Notes: generated from the sequence alone by a model not told the origin. 64,000 nt of DNA from Carcharhinus longimanus (GCA_030264375.1 JASCQW010000098.1:64568008-64632007), one strand, 5' to 3'. Shown: positions 24,691-38,719, numbered from the stretch's first letter. Made by a program: numbers and translations.

Positions 24691-24846
24691 TGAAGACTGC
24701 CATCATTTCAAAATAGGGGAACCTCAGTTTGAGTTGGCCGAGCATCTTCGTGAGAACCTTGAACAGTATGAAAGCATGTGGTCATTATATGAAGATTTTA
24801 CAAAAGGTTTACAAAATATGATAAATGAGGACTGGATCTTCTTTAG
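24691..24846 (+). CDS. DYNC2H1: DYNC2H1 exon (156 nt)
   Basis: tttcag|T...AG|gtaggt; EDCHHFKIGEPQFELA...MWSLYEDF...NEDWIFF. Confidence 0.93.
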
Positions 24847-25174
24847 GTAGGTGAATGTAGTTGTTTTAAATTACCAAAATGTGTTTGCTGCATTTTCAAA
24901 TACCTGATTTTCTACAAATTCTCAATGGACATTGTACCGATTTGTTTCTTTCATGATCTTTAACTTTGTTTCACTACAAAAAGCCTCTCACCATTTTTGG
25001 CAGGTAGGTCAGGCAGATCAGGTTATGATGCTTTCCAAGCTATTATGAAGATTGATGCGCAAATGGCAATGTTGGAAATAGATTAAGGTGCTACGTTCAA
25101 TTTTCTCCCTCTGGATGAAATGCCCAGTTTTGATTGCACTATTTAGTCATGCCTGCCAGAAACTAATGGAATTT

Positions 25175-26230
25175 ATTCTAGCCATTGCAGGTGAACTTGA
25201 GTGAACAATAATTCTCCAACTTTGACTGATGAATAACACTGCAGCATCTTAGTTTGATATTGAGGAATGATATCAGCACAGATGGTGTGGAATCTGTATG
25301 GGTTGAGTTAAGAAAACGCCAAGGACCAAAAGACATTTGTGTGGGTGTTATACAGACCACCAAACTGTAGAGGTAATGTTGGGTATAACATTAGATAGGA
25401 AATCAGAGATACATGTGTTAAAGGATGAGTGACTTTAATCTGCATATAGATTGGGAGAGTCAAATTAGTCGCTACACAATAGAGGAAGAATTTCTGAAGA
25501 GTTTACAGAATGGTCAGTTCATTGAGGAACCAATAAAGGAACAAGCCATCCTGGACTAAGTATTGCGCAGAGGTTCAGTAGGCAATTAAGAAGGCAAATG
25601 GTATATTGGCCTTCATAGTGAGAGGGTTTGAGTTTTATTGCAGTTGTATAGAGCTCTTTATGAGGTCAAGCATGGAATATTATGAGCAGCTTTGGTATCC
25701 TTATCTGAGGAAGGATGTCCTTGCTATGGAGGAAATGCAGTAAAGGTTTACCAGGCTGATTCCTGGGATGGCAGGGCTAACATATGAGGAGAGACTAAGT
25801 TGGTTAGGATTATATCCATTGTAGTTTGGAAGAGTGAGAGGGGATCTCATAGAAACTTATAAAATTTTAACAGGATTAGATAGGGTAGATTCTGAAAGAA
25901 TGTTCCTGATGGTGGGGGAGTCCAAAACTAGGGATCATAGTTTGAGGATAATGGGTAAACCTTTTTTGGACTGAGCTGAGGAGAAATTTCTTCATCCAGA
26001 GGGTGATGAATGTGTGGAATTCACTACCATAGAATGTAGTTGAGGCCAAAATATTGTCTCATTTCAAGAAGAAATTAGATATAGCTGTTGGGGCTAAAGG
26101 CATCAAGGGATATGGGAGGAAGGTGGAATCAGGATATTGAATTTGATAAGCAGCCATGATCTTAATGAACGGTCGAGCAGGCTTGAAGGGCCGAATGGCC
26201 TATTGCTTTCATTTCTATGTTTCTATGTTT
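25175..26230 (+). mobile_element. CR1 LINE, internally deleted (endonuclease part joined to 3' end)
   Basis: ESVWVELRK...YRPPN endonuclease motifs then KKANGILAFI...RFTRLIPGM; tail CAGCCATGATC...TTCTATGTTTCTATG. Confidence 0.88.
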
Positions 26231-27897
26231 GTAACGTATTGACACACAAATGCGTTTTTTATGGGAAAATGGCTACAGTTATGAAATGTGATTTTAATAA
26301 TTGGTGAAAATCCTGGAATCCCATGTAAGAAAAATGGATATTGACTCGTTTTGTAATAAACCAGTGACCTTAATGATAAATAGTTGGTATTACAGAATGT
26401 GGTTCCTAGATCATGGGAAAAAAGCCAAGGAAAACCTTGTATGGCTGTGGCGAAAGGATGGGGGAGAGGTACTAGTTGAGACACTCTTACAAAGAACTAG
26501 CATGGATACAATAGGCCAAATTGGATCCTGCTGAGCTGTAACGATTCTATGTTTCTGATTTTGTACAATGAAAAGGAAATTTGATTTATTCACACTGTAA
26601 ATAAGCAGCTTTAACCATTACTAATTTTAAACATTGTATTACCATGGAGCTTCTTCATGATGAAATTCAATATGATGGAGCTTTTTCCAATGTTTTAATT
26701 ATGTTGTCATAATTGAATGAAAGACCAATTGTTCCAATTGACATATTCTGTTGCTTACAGTGCAACTCAATTTGATGCATCTAGTCATACATTATAAGTT
26801 TCCTTCCGAATTTTCCTTTTTTTTTGAAACTACTAATGTTGACAATTCGTAGGTACTGAGTATTTTCTAATATAAAGCCCAAGCAGTCATTCCTAAGTGT
26901 TGATAGGCTACCTGACTGCACTGAAATCAGGCACATACCCATTTTTAATTCCCGAGCAGGATTGCTCTGTTTTCATTTCCAAAAGACCCTTCTTTTCAAT
27001 TGTGTTTTCATGTTTCAGCCCTTTCTATCTCCTAGAACAATGTAATTTAACTGTTCAAAGAGATACCATTTGACCCAGAGCAATGGTGTCAACTCTCTTA
27101 AAGAAGCACCTACTGAATATCCACATTTATTTCTTGCTTGCTTCTCTATTTATCCAGCACAATACAATATAAAGCATTCTGAAAAATCTCTCAGAATGGG
27201 AGATAAGTTATTGAGGCCATGATATCCTCACTGGACAATGACCCAGATACTTTGTTTTAGGCATTATTGGATCATTATTAGGAGTAAGATTGTTGCTGAG
27301 TTTTGCTGCAGAGGGATCGTGGGATTGCACACTTCCATGAATTTGTACAATGTGATCTGTTTCCACGTACAGACTTGCTATGGGATTTTCCACTATGCTC
27401 ACCCAAGACTGGAATTTCGCACCCTAGGACAATGGACCTTTGCATGGTCTGTGTCACACCCGCTACGATTCCTGTTANNNNNNNNNNNNNNNNNNNNNNN
27501 NNNNNNNNNNNNNNNNNNNNNNNNNNNNNNNNNNNNNNNNNNNNNNNNNNNNNNNNNNNNNNNNNNNNNNNNNNNNNNNNNNNNNNNNNNNNNNNNNNNN
27601 NNNNNNNNNNNNNNNNNNNNNNNNNNNNNNNNNNNNNNNNNNNNNNNNNNNNNNNNNNNNNNNNNNNNNNNNNNNNNNNNNNNNNNNNNNNNNNNNNNNN
27701 NNNNNNNNNNNNNNNNNNNNNNNNNNNNNNNNNNNNNNNNNNNNNNNNNNNNNNNNNNNNNNNNNNNNNNNNNNNNNNNNNNNNNNNNNNNNNNNNNNNN
27801 NNNNNNNNNNNNNNNNNNNNNNNNNNNNNNNNNNNNNNNNNNNNNNNNNNNNNNNNNNNNNNNNNNNNNNNNNNNNNNNNNNNNNNNNNNNNNNNNN

Positions 27898-27992
27898 AAA
27901 CTCCACACAGACAGTGACCCAAGCCGGGAATCGAACCCAGATCCCTGGAGCTGTGAAGCAGCAGTGCTAACCACCATGCTACCATGCCGCCC
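27898..27992 (-). mobile_element. V-SINE 5' head (rest in gap)
   Basis: Reverse complement GGCGGCATGGTAGCATGGTGGTTAGCACTG...GGGTTCGATTCCC. Confidence 0.85.
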
Positions 27993-28256
27993 GGTAATAA
28001 ACAGATGTATGTTGAAAGTGACAGCAGTATTTGCTGATCACAATTTTATATTTTTTTTAGAGAATTCAAAACTAATTCCATAAATTGTATTTTAACAAAT
28101 AAACAAGTAAGTTCATGTAAGTCAGCTGTCCTAATGTGAATTTTATTTTGGTTAATTTACTTAAAGATCTTTTACTGCCACTTCAACAATCATATATGTG
28201 TTTGTTTTTGTTACTGAAGATTTATTTTAATCTAAATTGAATATTGATTTTCACAG

Positions 28257-28371
28257 GAGTAAGACCTACATTTTTGAAGATTTTTTATTGATGTGGTTTG
28301 ATAAGCTGAGGAAGAGAAATGAACAAACAACAATAACTGTTAAACTGCAGAAAGACGTGGACAGATACAAG
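28257..28371 (+). CDS. DYNC2H1: DYNC2H1 exon (115 nt)
   Basis: tcacag|G...AAG|gtgaat; SKTYIFEDFLLMWFDKLRK...TVKLQKDVDRYK. Confidence 0.93.
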
Positions 28372-29581
28372 GTGAATCGCTTTACAAGTATGATTGGATC
28401 TAGAAGGATTGATTTAGAGTCTAGATGGTACCATAGTTTAAATATTGGCCTTTCATCACTGGTACCTGATTTCAAATAGGACAGATGAGAAAACTGTCTT
28501 TCATTGTATGTTTTCCTTGCCTGAAAATAATCAGGCTCATTCTAAAAATCTACTCCTAACATGGTGATCATACTTTGAAGGCCAGAGGATAACTGGTATG
28601 GGAAATGGAAAAATGTCATGTTGGTTCACTGGCGAACATATCAAAGTCTAAAATACATTGTTGGGACAAAACTTTGTTCTGCATCCAATCACCTTCACCA
28701 GAAACCTCTGACCTTATCCCTGGCTGGGATTTTCTCTTTAATACTTATTGCATGTTGCTCTCTCCACAGAATTACAGTCCTTGCAGCAAACAGTCCAGAG
28801 TTGCTCATAACTACTAATGGGTCCACTGTGTCCTGTTTTGTTGAGTTTCCCATAGTTTTTGGAGAGTTTTCTAAATCCACTATCAGCAATAAAGCCTGTT
28901 TCAATGATTTTATCTCTCTGGCCATGCCAGGATGAACCTCTCTCAATTCTTCTCCCTCCTGCACCAGCTTGTGATAGTTTACAAAATCAAGCAACAACTT
29001 CTCTTTGCTCCCCACAGAAAAATTACTGTCTCTATGTAATATTAATTTAGGGAAGCCTTAACTTGATCTCACAAATGAGTTCCTCTGCATTCTTTCCCGG
29101 GGTGTCATGAGACATGTTAGCTTTGCATCCAGATTAAATGCTGATTAGTCATTTTTGACATCAACCCTCTCATTTTGGAAATAAATGGACCGTTTACAGC
29201 ACAACTGATTCCAACCTGAGATTTAATACCTTTCTGGGACTTTGGGAGATTCAGAATGTATCAAAGGTGAACTTGGAGATTGCTGCCAATGTCTGTTACA
29301 GAGCAAACTTCAGGCCAGGTCACAAGACCCCTCCATCTCCTCCGCATCTGTTTACCTTTAATTGAAAGGGCGGTTCCAAAACAATTTGTAAATCTCATAA
29401 TTGTAAAATTCTAGACAAGTAAATATTTAAATTCTGTAATCAGTACTTAATCAGTATAGTAATTAATTACTGTAATCAGTATTTTTTTAGAAACATTTTT
29501 ATATCTTCACGTAATAAAAATACTGGGATGTTTTGGGTCGGAAGGTCAGTTTTTATTTTAGCTATTTTTCTGTTTCCACAG

Positions 29582-29752
29582 ACATTAGTACCTGTTCTGA
29601 AGTATGTCCGTGGAGATCATCTCTCCCAGGATCACTGGCTGGACCTGTTTCATCTGCTGGGCATGCCAAGAGGCACCACAATAGAGAAATTGCAGTTTGG
29701 GGACTTGTTAAAAGTGGCAGATGTCATAGTAGCAAAATCTTCAGATCTAAAG
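29582..29752 (+). CDS. DYNC2H1: DYNC2H1 exon (171 nt)
   Basis: ccacag|ACA...AAG|gtatga; TLVPVLKYVRGDHLSQDHWLDLFHLLGMPRG. Confidence 0.94.
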
Positions 29753-32097
29753 GTATGACCTGATGGTTACGATTGTTAAAGTAATTTAACTGCAAACTAA
29801 ACTAAATAAACAACTTTTAAACAGTTAATGGTATTTTTCATATCATCTATACTTTACACAACAGCACGGCTAACAGGAAAAACTGATGGTTTAGCTGCAT
29901 CACCACATAATGTTAATTTTTTTTGTATACAATGAAGGGCAAGCATACTCCCTAAAAATCAAACCAATTAAATGATTTTTACACTCTTTGTTTTTTTGCT
30001 GCTGTATTTATTATTTTGTTCTGCTTTCAGCTTATGATTTTGATTAGTGCTGTGTGTTTACTCCTGCCTGTTTATTGGTTTTGATTTTCCTTTTATTTTG
30101 CCTGTTTTTTTCTTACACCAACTGTCCTATTTCTCCTTCATTTCAGCCTTCCAAAATTTCTGAATAGGCAAAGCAGTAGATATTGGTCTTGACCGGTTTT
30201 TAAGCCCAGAATTGGGGCTGTGTGATTGACGTTACCTGAACTAAAAGTTTTGAGGATCAATGAAATTTGATGCTCAGGTTTCCTCAGGATGCTTGACTTG
30301 AGCCGCCACATCTTAGTTATATCTTAATTAGCAACTTGCCTTAACAAACAATTCAGTTTATTTTGGGTATGTAAGAGTGGGATGAGAGGTTGGAGCTGGA
30401 AACATGGGGTGTGGAGAGGGGTGTAGGATCGTGAATCCTGTGGTGTTGGGGAGGGAATCCTGTTCCTCAGACTCCATAGACAGTTTTTTAAAATAATGCT
30501 GAATTCTCAGCTGTCTTACGCCACCACTGTCAGCAAGAAAGGAGAATTTGGCACTTCGCCAAATCTTCATTCACAGCAGCGAGATCAGAGAATCTCAGCC
30601 ACAGATGAGGTCAGGAATCCTGGCCAATGTTTTTGAAAACTATCCAAGTGTTAGCAGTCATGGATGCCGCTAACATGTTGTTAAAGGCCAGATATAGCAC
30701 TTGCGAATTAATTTCTGGATTGAATTCCTCAGTAGGTATTAATTCCTAATTTACATAGTTTATGGGACTAATGCTTGTTTCAGAAATTCACCTGGGATGC
30801 CTTAAAATAGGCATCTAGTAGTGGGATCAACAACAGCAAAGATTGACCATTGGCTGTTCCACTGCTTAATCTGTTTGCTTTGTGCCGGTTTTATTCTTGA
30901 GAAACAGGTGCATCCCATTCTAATTTCTTGCCTGAAGTCTCAGATGGCAATCTCTCTGTGTAATATAACAAAATGCCCACTGAGAAACAGGAACAAATGC
31001 AGTTGAGTGAAACATTTTTTAATGGAATCTTGCTATTGGGTATAGGAAACAAATTCAGAGCTTGTCAATCTTTTCCCAATTTTTATGTTTGTCTTTTTTA
31101 AAATCTTTCTCTTCATTGACTTGGTCCACTGATTATAATGCTTCAGTGCTTAGCATAATGGCTGTGCACATGCAGAGTCCATTATTCAGTGTGTACTTGC
31201 CCTCCAATATGAGACACCAAATTCTCATTTAGTTAACCATGCCATCTGATCTATGCTGCTTCCTGCTCCCCGCTCCCCCCCCCCCCGCCCATTTCCAATG
31301 CTGGTTACATTTTCTATTTTGCTGTTTTTGTTGTTTTTAATTTCTGATGATTTCTTTGCTGTGCTCCTAACTTCACCAGGAGCTGTGATGAAATTTTTTT
31401 TTACAGGTATCCTTGATAATTACTTGCTGCTGTTTCAAATGTGAAGTAAATTATATAAACACAGCTTACTTTTGTACCTCAGTGCCTGGAGCAAAAATCG
31501 TTTTTAACATTGCAAGTTTGAGGCTTGTTCAGTCTAAAATTTTAATTACAGTAATTATTTGCAAGTTACTTACATAATAATATATTCTCTGTATATTGTA
31601 GTGCTCTGATTATTATAAAGCATCCTATTCTCTGACAAAGCTAGCGTAATTCACTGGGGGTTGCGTTAGGCTAGAACATATGTCATCTTTATCCTTGTCT
31701 TTTGATTAATTGTTTTAATTAAGACGTCAGTTCTACAAATAGAATGCCAATGAGTTATTTTGTTTGTCAATTATTAGCAAAATTTATATTTTAGGAGTCT
31801 GTGTTAGTACTTTGAACTGTACAGAATTTGGTTAGGGTTTTTTTATGATTATTCTAAATTAGCGATATTTAATGTGGATTTTCTTTATTCACCTCTTCAG
31901 TTTCTAAATAGTGTGCAATATTCTCAACATTGACTTCAAAGTAAACACCAGTGGTTATTTATTTGTTTAGATTATTTTAAAACATTTTATAATGCTATGA
32001 TTGAACATGACATCTTATTGCAAGGTTTTTTTTGTGAAATGACGTGTAATTGATTGTAGTTTGAACTAATTGACTGGTTGTGTTTGTTTCCTTTCAG

Positions 32098-32480
32098 GAA
32101 CTCAACAGTCGGGCACAAGGGGAAGTCTCCATTAGAGAAGCATTGCGGGAACTTGACATGTGGGGGGCTGCATCAGTCTTCATGATGACTGATTATCAGG
32201 ATAGCCAGAAAATAACAATCAAGCTGATCAAAGATTGGAAAGACATTGTCAACCAGGTTGGAGATAACCAGTGCCTACTTCAGACCCTGAAGGACTCCCC
32301 GTATTATAAAGGCTTTGAAGACAAGGTGTCCATTTGGGAAACTAGATTGGCGGATCTTGATGAATATTTACACAATTTAAATCAAATCCAAAGGAAATGG
32401 GTCTATCTGGAGCCAATATTTGGTCGTGGTGCCCTCCCTAAAGAACAGGGACGCTTTAAGAGAGTTGATGATGATTTCAG
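32098..32480 (+). CDS. DYNC2H1: DYNC2H1 exon (383 nt), linker / DHC_N2 region
   Basis: tttcag|GAA...AG|gtaagt; ELNSRAQGEVSIREALRELD...QRKWVYLEPIFGRGALPKEQGRF. Confidence 0.96.
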
Positions 32481-32820
32481 GTAAGTTTTATATCAAACTA
32501 AAAGAAAAATATTAGACTTTTAATGAATAAGTTTTGTCTTATTTATGTGGAATATTTGGGGATAAAGTTTCAGTTTTGGGTGCAGTCAGGGAGTTTTAAA
32601 TAAAATTTGCTCAAAATTGCGCTGGTTAAGTTACAGCTCATGAATCAGCTAAATAATTTGTCACAAACATAACATCTTCCCTGAACCAGTGCAATTGGCC
32701 ATGTATTAGAACATAATTATTCATATTTTTCTTTACAGTAAAATGTATTATTTAGTGCGTTTAGAAGTGATAATCTAGTCTATGTGGTTAAGCTAAACAT
32801 GAAATTTATCTACACAACTG

Positions 32821-33270
32821 TATTGTGTACAGTTTTGGTCACCTAGTTACAGGAAGGATGTAAATAAGGTTGACAGAGTGCAAAGAAGGTTCACAAGAAT
32901 GTTGCTAGGACTTGAGAAGCTGAGTTACAGAGAGAGATTGAATAGGTTAGGACTTTATTCCCTGGAGCGGAGAAGAATGAGGGGAGATTTGATAGAGGTG
33001 TATAAGATTTTGATGGGTGTGGATAGAGTGAATGCAAGCAGGCTTTTTCCACTGAGGCTAGGGGAGAAAAAAACCAGAGGGCATGGGTTAAGGGTGNNNN
33101 NNNNNNNNNNNNNNNNNNNNNNNNNNNNNNNNNNNNNNNNNNNNNNNNNNNNNNNNNNNNNNNNNNNNNNNNNNNNNNNNNNNNNNNNNNNNNNNNTCAG
33201 TGGGACTAGGCAAAAAATGGTTCGGCACAGACAAGAAGGGCCAAAAGGCCTGTTTCTGAGCTGTAAATTT
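32821..33270 (+). mobile_element. CR1 LINE 3' end spanning a gap
   Basis: QRRFTRMLLGLEKLSYRERLNRLGLYSLERRRMRGDLIEVYKI. Confidence 0.92.
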
Positions 33271-33360
33271 TCTTTAGCTAGATGGTTTAAAAAAAACATT
33301 TCTAACAAGTGTTTCAGCCACCTTAGAGTAACCTGTTTAAAGTAATTGAAAAATATGGGG

Positions 33361-34008
33361 GGGAGGCATTCTCCCATTCTGACCCGCTAATTTTTTGGGG
33401 ATTGGACTGGGAGGTTCACATGTCCCGATTTGTGGGATCACACGTGCGCTCCTGATGCGCATGCATCACCCAGCAATGGATATCTGGCACAATGGGGACC
33501 ACACTGGAAACTGGCGGGAGTAGCAGGTAAGTAAGTTTAATCTATTTTTAATCCAATTTGAATGTGACTATTGGGCCCGGGACTGAATTCTCCAGGCCCG
33601 ATAGCATCTCCCATTCCACCAGTCTGCCCCCCGTGGGGGGATTTACTGGGATGAGGGGATCATCACTGCTGGGGGAGAGGGGCTGGCCCAGGAATGCTAG
33701 TGGGGGCTGTGATCAGGCCGTGGGTTGGGGGGGGTTGCTGGAGGGGAAGCACTGTGGGGGTCCTGGGCTGGCCAGCGATTGAGCTGGTCAGCAAACTTCA
33801 GGGTGACAGATTGGGGCCACTGCGCATGTCAGACTCTGGCGTGATAGGACTTCCCCTGAGCTTTTAATGATATTTATGATTTGCGACCTCTGCACTGCAA
33901 AGAGTGTGGGAGACTCAAGTCTGAACTTCCACTGAAAAAGACAATTGTGATTTTCCAAATTTTTCCTGTGAATTCGGCACTTTGAACTTTTTTGGGAGAA
34001 TCGTCCTC
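33361..34008. mobile_element. Non-autonomous TIR element (Harbinger-like), about 650 bp
   Basis: Inverted termini GGGAGGCATTCTCCC / GGGAGAATCGTCCTC. Confidence 0.7.
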
Positions 34009-35099
34009 AGTTTTCAAAGAAAGTACATTGAACCATTTAATACTTTCCATTGCTGTACACTGGTGGATTTCTTAGTAAAGTACGTATTTTTTCAGAGGAG
34101 CAGTTGTGCCTAATGATACCTGTGCTTGTAAGAAAGTTAACACAATTGGATCTCATTTAAGTTAAAAATCCCATGATCTTTTGTGCTGGTTTAACTAATT
34201 TCGCCTGTTCTAAGCTTATGTTACTAACATAATGAGTGGAAACTCTACCTTTAGTTAATTTTAATAGAAGAAAATTTAAAATTAACTAATTAGAATGCAA
34301 TGAACAGATGTCATTATTGTCTTCATAATAGAAACCTACGTCCCTAATTTTAGTAAAAATAGTTAACTTGCTGTGAGGCAGTTTTCAACAAATTTCATCT
34401 ATATGTTAATTCTATCAAAACGAAAATCTCTTGAGCAGGATTCTTTCAAAGTGCCAAAGCTTTGTTACGATTCCAAATTGACCGGAATTTATCTTTGACC
34501 TGTGTGTAACACTTAGATTAATTAAGGTTTGGTTATCATACCTCACTTCTGATTGCTATGCATACCAGGAAAACTACCTCTGCTTCCTTTGGCCCTTTAC
34601 AACCTCCGCTGCAGTAGTTTCACATCACTGAATCTTGTATTGGAGAAGAAATCTGTCTTGGATTTTTTTAAAATTACAAAATACATGGGCATTTTCTCCC
34701 AGAAATCTTTGCTGCCTTTAAGGGTACGGTCTGTAGGGCAAGATGTTGCAACAAGATAATAAATTTATGTACAAATTCTATAAAATCTATTGTTCAGTTA
34801 GCTGAAATACTACATTATTTAATGTGCTCCCTGTTCTCAACAGTGTCAGGAAGGAAATTTCTCTTCAGTTAAGTGAACAATTCCCCACTGAACTGGCTTC
34901 TCCACATGGTAAAATAAGCCTACAAACGGGACCTTATAAGAAGTAGTCATGTAGCTTCAATGTATTGCTTCTTTAAAAGTAGAAAAGTATTTCGTTTTAG
35001 CATATAATTTGTGTTTTCTGTTTAAATGAGGGGAATAATTGAAAAGAAAAATAAAACAATTAAATCCCCATTTTAAAAAAAATCAAAGAGCACCAGCAC

Positions 35100-35915
35100 A
35101 AAATAAAACTAATGTAAGCGTACTTAATGAATTAACAGTAGGAAGAGTGAATTGCAGATGTTTACAATTGCTGCTCATGCAGAAACTAGCAACAGAAGTC
35201 AGCAAAATATTATTCTTGAATTTGTAACAGTCAGTTTGACAGTGCAGATACATATCTAGTAACTTGTAATCAATAATGGATGATAGAAATATGGTTGGAC
35301 AATTCAAAGCATGCCAGTAATGATTAGGGAGGCAGGCTATGTATAGCAAGCTTGGAATTGTCCTATTGTTGAAGGCAGTGTAGTAGGATAGAGCAGACTT
35401 ACAGAAAGTATTTGATGAAGTCTTTAATGGGAAATGCAGGATCAAATTAAAAGCTTTTGAAATAAACAGTTGGATAATTAATTTCATAAAAAAAAATCAT
35501 GATACTTGTTCTATTTGAGCAGTTGCAAGTGGTTGTAGCCAACAGTAGTGGATCATGTAAGCTTTTGCTGCTCTGACGTTGCTGATAGATGTATGGATTA
35601 AATTCTGTTTGTGGATGATTGCATAGTGTTCACATGGACAGAAACCAAAGAATTTAGTATAGGTGGATGTTGCTCAGATTGGGAAAGATTGGAACTGATA
35701 TACTTTGGGGTCAATATAGGATTCATTTTTGCTATTCGTTTGAATAAATATTTTGAACTTTGACATAATGAACACAATATTAGAAGTTGCTGATGAGGCA
35801 AAAGTGGGATTTGTCAAGTAGCGGAGAAGGATTATAAAAGACTAAAGGAAGGCATAGATAAGTTAGTGTAGTGGCTGAGGCAGACACTATTGAATCATTT
35901 AAGGGAAATATTGGT
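35100..35915 (+). mobile_element. Highly decayed CR1 RT relic
   Basis: Residual motifs YRADLQKVFDEV and gaatcatttaagggaaatattgg; heavily mutated. Confidence 0.5.
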
Positions 35916-36089
35916 GACTGTATGAAACATAGTGCCATGATATTTGTGACAGTATAAAACATAGTGCCATGAATAAGGTACAGAACAGTAGAAAAGAATG
36001 AACGCAGTATTGTGTTTATTTTTCTCATTTCTGTATAATCTTGAAAATATGTTCCAATAGTGGCTTATGAACCAGAAGGTAATAAATAT

Positions 36090-36335
36090 TTCATAGACTC
36101 CATTGAATCCCTAAACTACAGAAGAAGGCCAATTGGCCCACTGTGTCTGCACAACTTTCTTGAAAGAACATCCCATCCAGGCCCATTCCCCACATGCTAT
36201 CCCTGCAACCCCACCTTGGCTAATTCACTCAACCTACATCCAGCTTGTGGACATCAAGGGGCAATTTGCCCATGGGCGAAATTGAACCTAGATCCCTGGT
36301 GCTTTGAGGTAGCAGTGCTGACCACTGTATTGCCC
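36090..36335 (-). mobile_element. Decayed HE1-like V-SINE with internal deletion
   Basis: Tail CAGAAGAAGGCCAATTGGCCCA and head GCAGTGCTGACCACTG. Confidence 0.75.
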
Positions 36336-36447
36336 AAATTAATGTAGTAGTGTTTACCTTAGTAATGAATAGTTTTAATATAAGGTAAGGTTGGCTAAAC
36401 ATGCATGGTTAATACAATAGTGGATCAATATATTTTACCTTCACCAG

Positions 36448-36580
36448 ATCAATCATGGCAGATGTTCAAAGAGATAACAGAGTAACTTCACTCTGTATGC
36501 GAGCTGGCATCAGACATTCACTCATTACCATATTAGATCAGCTGCAAAGATGCCAGAAATCACTCAATGAATTTCTCGAG
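36448..36580 (+). CDS. DYNC2H1: DYNC2H1 exon (133 nt)
   Basis: caccag|A...GAG|gtaagt; SIMADVQRDNRV...ILDQLQRCQKSLNEFLE. Confidence 0.95.
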
Positions 36581-37694
36581 GTAAGTAATAACTTGATCAG
36601 CATGGATTAACATTGGGGAATAAAACAATGAGTTGAAATCTAATATTCCTAGATTTTTAAAACATTGCTTTTTAATTATTTGGGTGTTTGCCCTGCAGAA
36701 ACCCAATATCATGTTTTAGAGTTACTAAAAGTTCTGCATCCATCTATATACCTCTGTTTGCCTAATATGTAGTACTTATTGACATCTCCATTGAAGTCAT
36801 GACAGATGGATTGTCAATCTGATCTTATTAGTTATCTAATATTACTGTTAATGTTTGAGTTCTGACTTCCTCTCTCATTGCCCGTTGCGCTGGAGAATAA
36901 AATAGTATATGCCAACAATTATTAGCCATATGCGTCAAGAGCCTTTGTTAATAATTCTGTTAAAGGCAGCATTACAGAAAGAGTCTGTATATTTAAACAT
37001 ACTATTCCAGTGTTTTGGGAATTCTTATGAAGGCTGGGATGCATATAAATGATTTAACATATAGTTTGCTCAAATGTCACAAGATGAATTAATGTCTTAA
37101 AAGCAAACTGAATTCATCCATCTATCGTGGCTACAAGAACAGGTCAGAGGTTGGGAATTCTGTGAATACCCCTTGAATCCCCAAAACTTGTGCACTTTCT
37201 GCATGTCCCAAGTCAAGAGTGTGATTAAATACTACACTTGCCTGATTAAGGCTAACAACCCCTGAGAAACTCGACAGTATCTAGGACAAAATTGCATACT
37301 TGATCGTCACACCAGTCACCATCTCAATAACTTTGTCCACCACCCATGTTCAGTGGCACCAGTGTGCACCATCTACAAGATGCACTGCAGTAGCAGCTCA
37401 AGTGCCATTAACAACATCTTCCAAATCCATGACTCCTACCAGCTGGAAGGACAATGGCAGCAGGCACATGGGAACAACACTACCTGCAAGTTTTTCACCT
37501 TTCCACATTTCATTCTGACTTAGAACTATATCTCCACTTCTTCATTATTATTGGGTTGAAATGCTGGAACTCCCTTCCTACCTCATGAATTGTAGCAGAT
37601 CAAGAAGGTGGTTCACCATCACCTTCCTGAGGGAATGGGTGATAAATGCTGACATTGCCTGTGATGCTCAAATCTAGTGATTTAAGATGCACAT

Positions 37695-38420
37695 TGTAAG
37701 ATTTGGTCTGGCAACCTCTGATTACCCAAAAAGCTGGGTGGGGGGGTCGGGGGGGCGAGTCATAGGTAACTTTAATGCACGTTTATTAAGTAGCAGCAGT
37801 TTAATTATGATATGTAAGCAGAATAGCAAAGAAGCCATATGACTGTGACAGGTGAGAATGGCTTACCAGTCCGGGAGGTGACACAGAACAAATGTTGATT
37901 TACATATCTGGTGGTGGCACTCCCTTCTGAGTCTCATCTTCTTTGGTTGATCAAAGTGTTATGCAGCCCTCCTCTGGTCTCCTTCAATCCAGGGAAGAGT
38001 GAAGAATTTCCCTCTTGAGCACTTGTTTATATCCCTTCTTTCTAGAGGCAGATGAGTATTCCATGTCAATCACTTGTTCAATTCCATTTATCTAGTCACC
38101 GAGGGACGGGTACTCAAATTAAATTCCTGCTCTGCCCAATGTTTTCCTAACTCCTGTTAGGACCACTTGTTAAATCTTTACTCAGATAGTTGGTTTAAAT
38201 AATGGTCATGGAATCCAACTTTATCATGTTTAGGAATGTCTTGTTTCAGAGTGATTGAGTCATGTCCTTTTCTGAGATAACAAACCTATGCTGTCTTCTG
38301 TTTGTAAGCCTCTTCTATATCTTCCATAAGACTTTCCTTAAGAATAGAGAGAACTATTTCTGTAATATTCAATATTTTGTAAAAGTATTTTACATGGTTG
38401 TTAGAAAGCCCTTCTTTACA
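37695..38420 (-). mobile_element. Solo LTR (726 bp)
   Basis: TGTAAG...TTTACA termini, perfect 4-bp TSD ACAT (37691-37694, 38421-38424); minus-strand ATATAAA (about 38030) upstream of AATAAA (about 37785). Confidence 0.8.
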
Positions 38421-38601
38421 ACATATACTTAATTATATTATTTGTCACCTGACAGATATGCAAATTTGTATTCCTTTGTTGCAAATAGGATAATAGTTCC
38501 TTTGATGTAAATAGGATAATATGTTGCTTTTTTGGGAAGAAATTACTATACCATTCTTTGCCAGGTAGATGGATTAATATCTTCAAAACTTATCTATTCA
38601 G

Positions 38602-38719
38602 GAAAAACGATCGGCATTTCCACGGTTTTATTTCATTGGTGATGATGATTTGCTGGAAATCCTGGGACAGTCCACCAATCCTTCTATCATTCAGACTCAT
38701 CTACGAAAGCTTTTTGCTG
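38602..38719 (+). CDS. DYNC2H1: DYNC2H1 exon (118 nt)
   Basis: attcag|GAA...G|gtatgg; [39 protein letters not shown]. Confidence 0.96.

Noticed and set aside
27238-28083. Long ORFs up to 281 aa (also 22949-23527)
   Set aside because: They read through N-runs and are gap artefacts.
35915-35975. About 32-bp tandem duplication (similar one at 38484-38530)
   Set aside because: Two-copy slippage duplications, common and uninformative.
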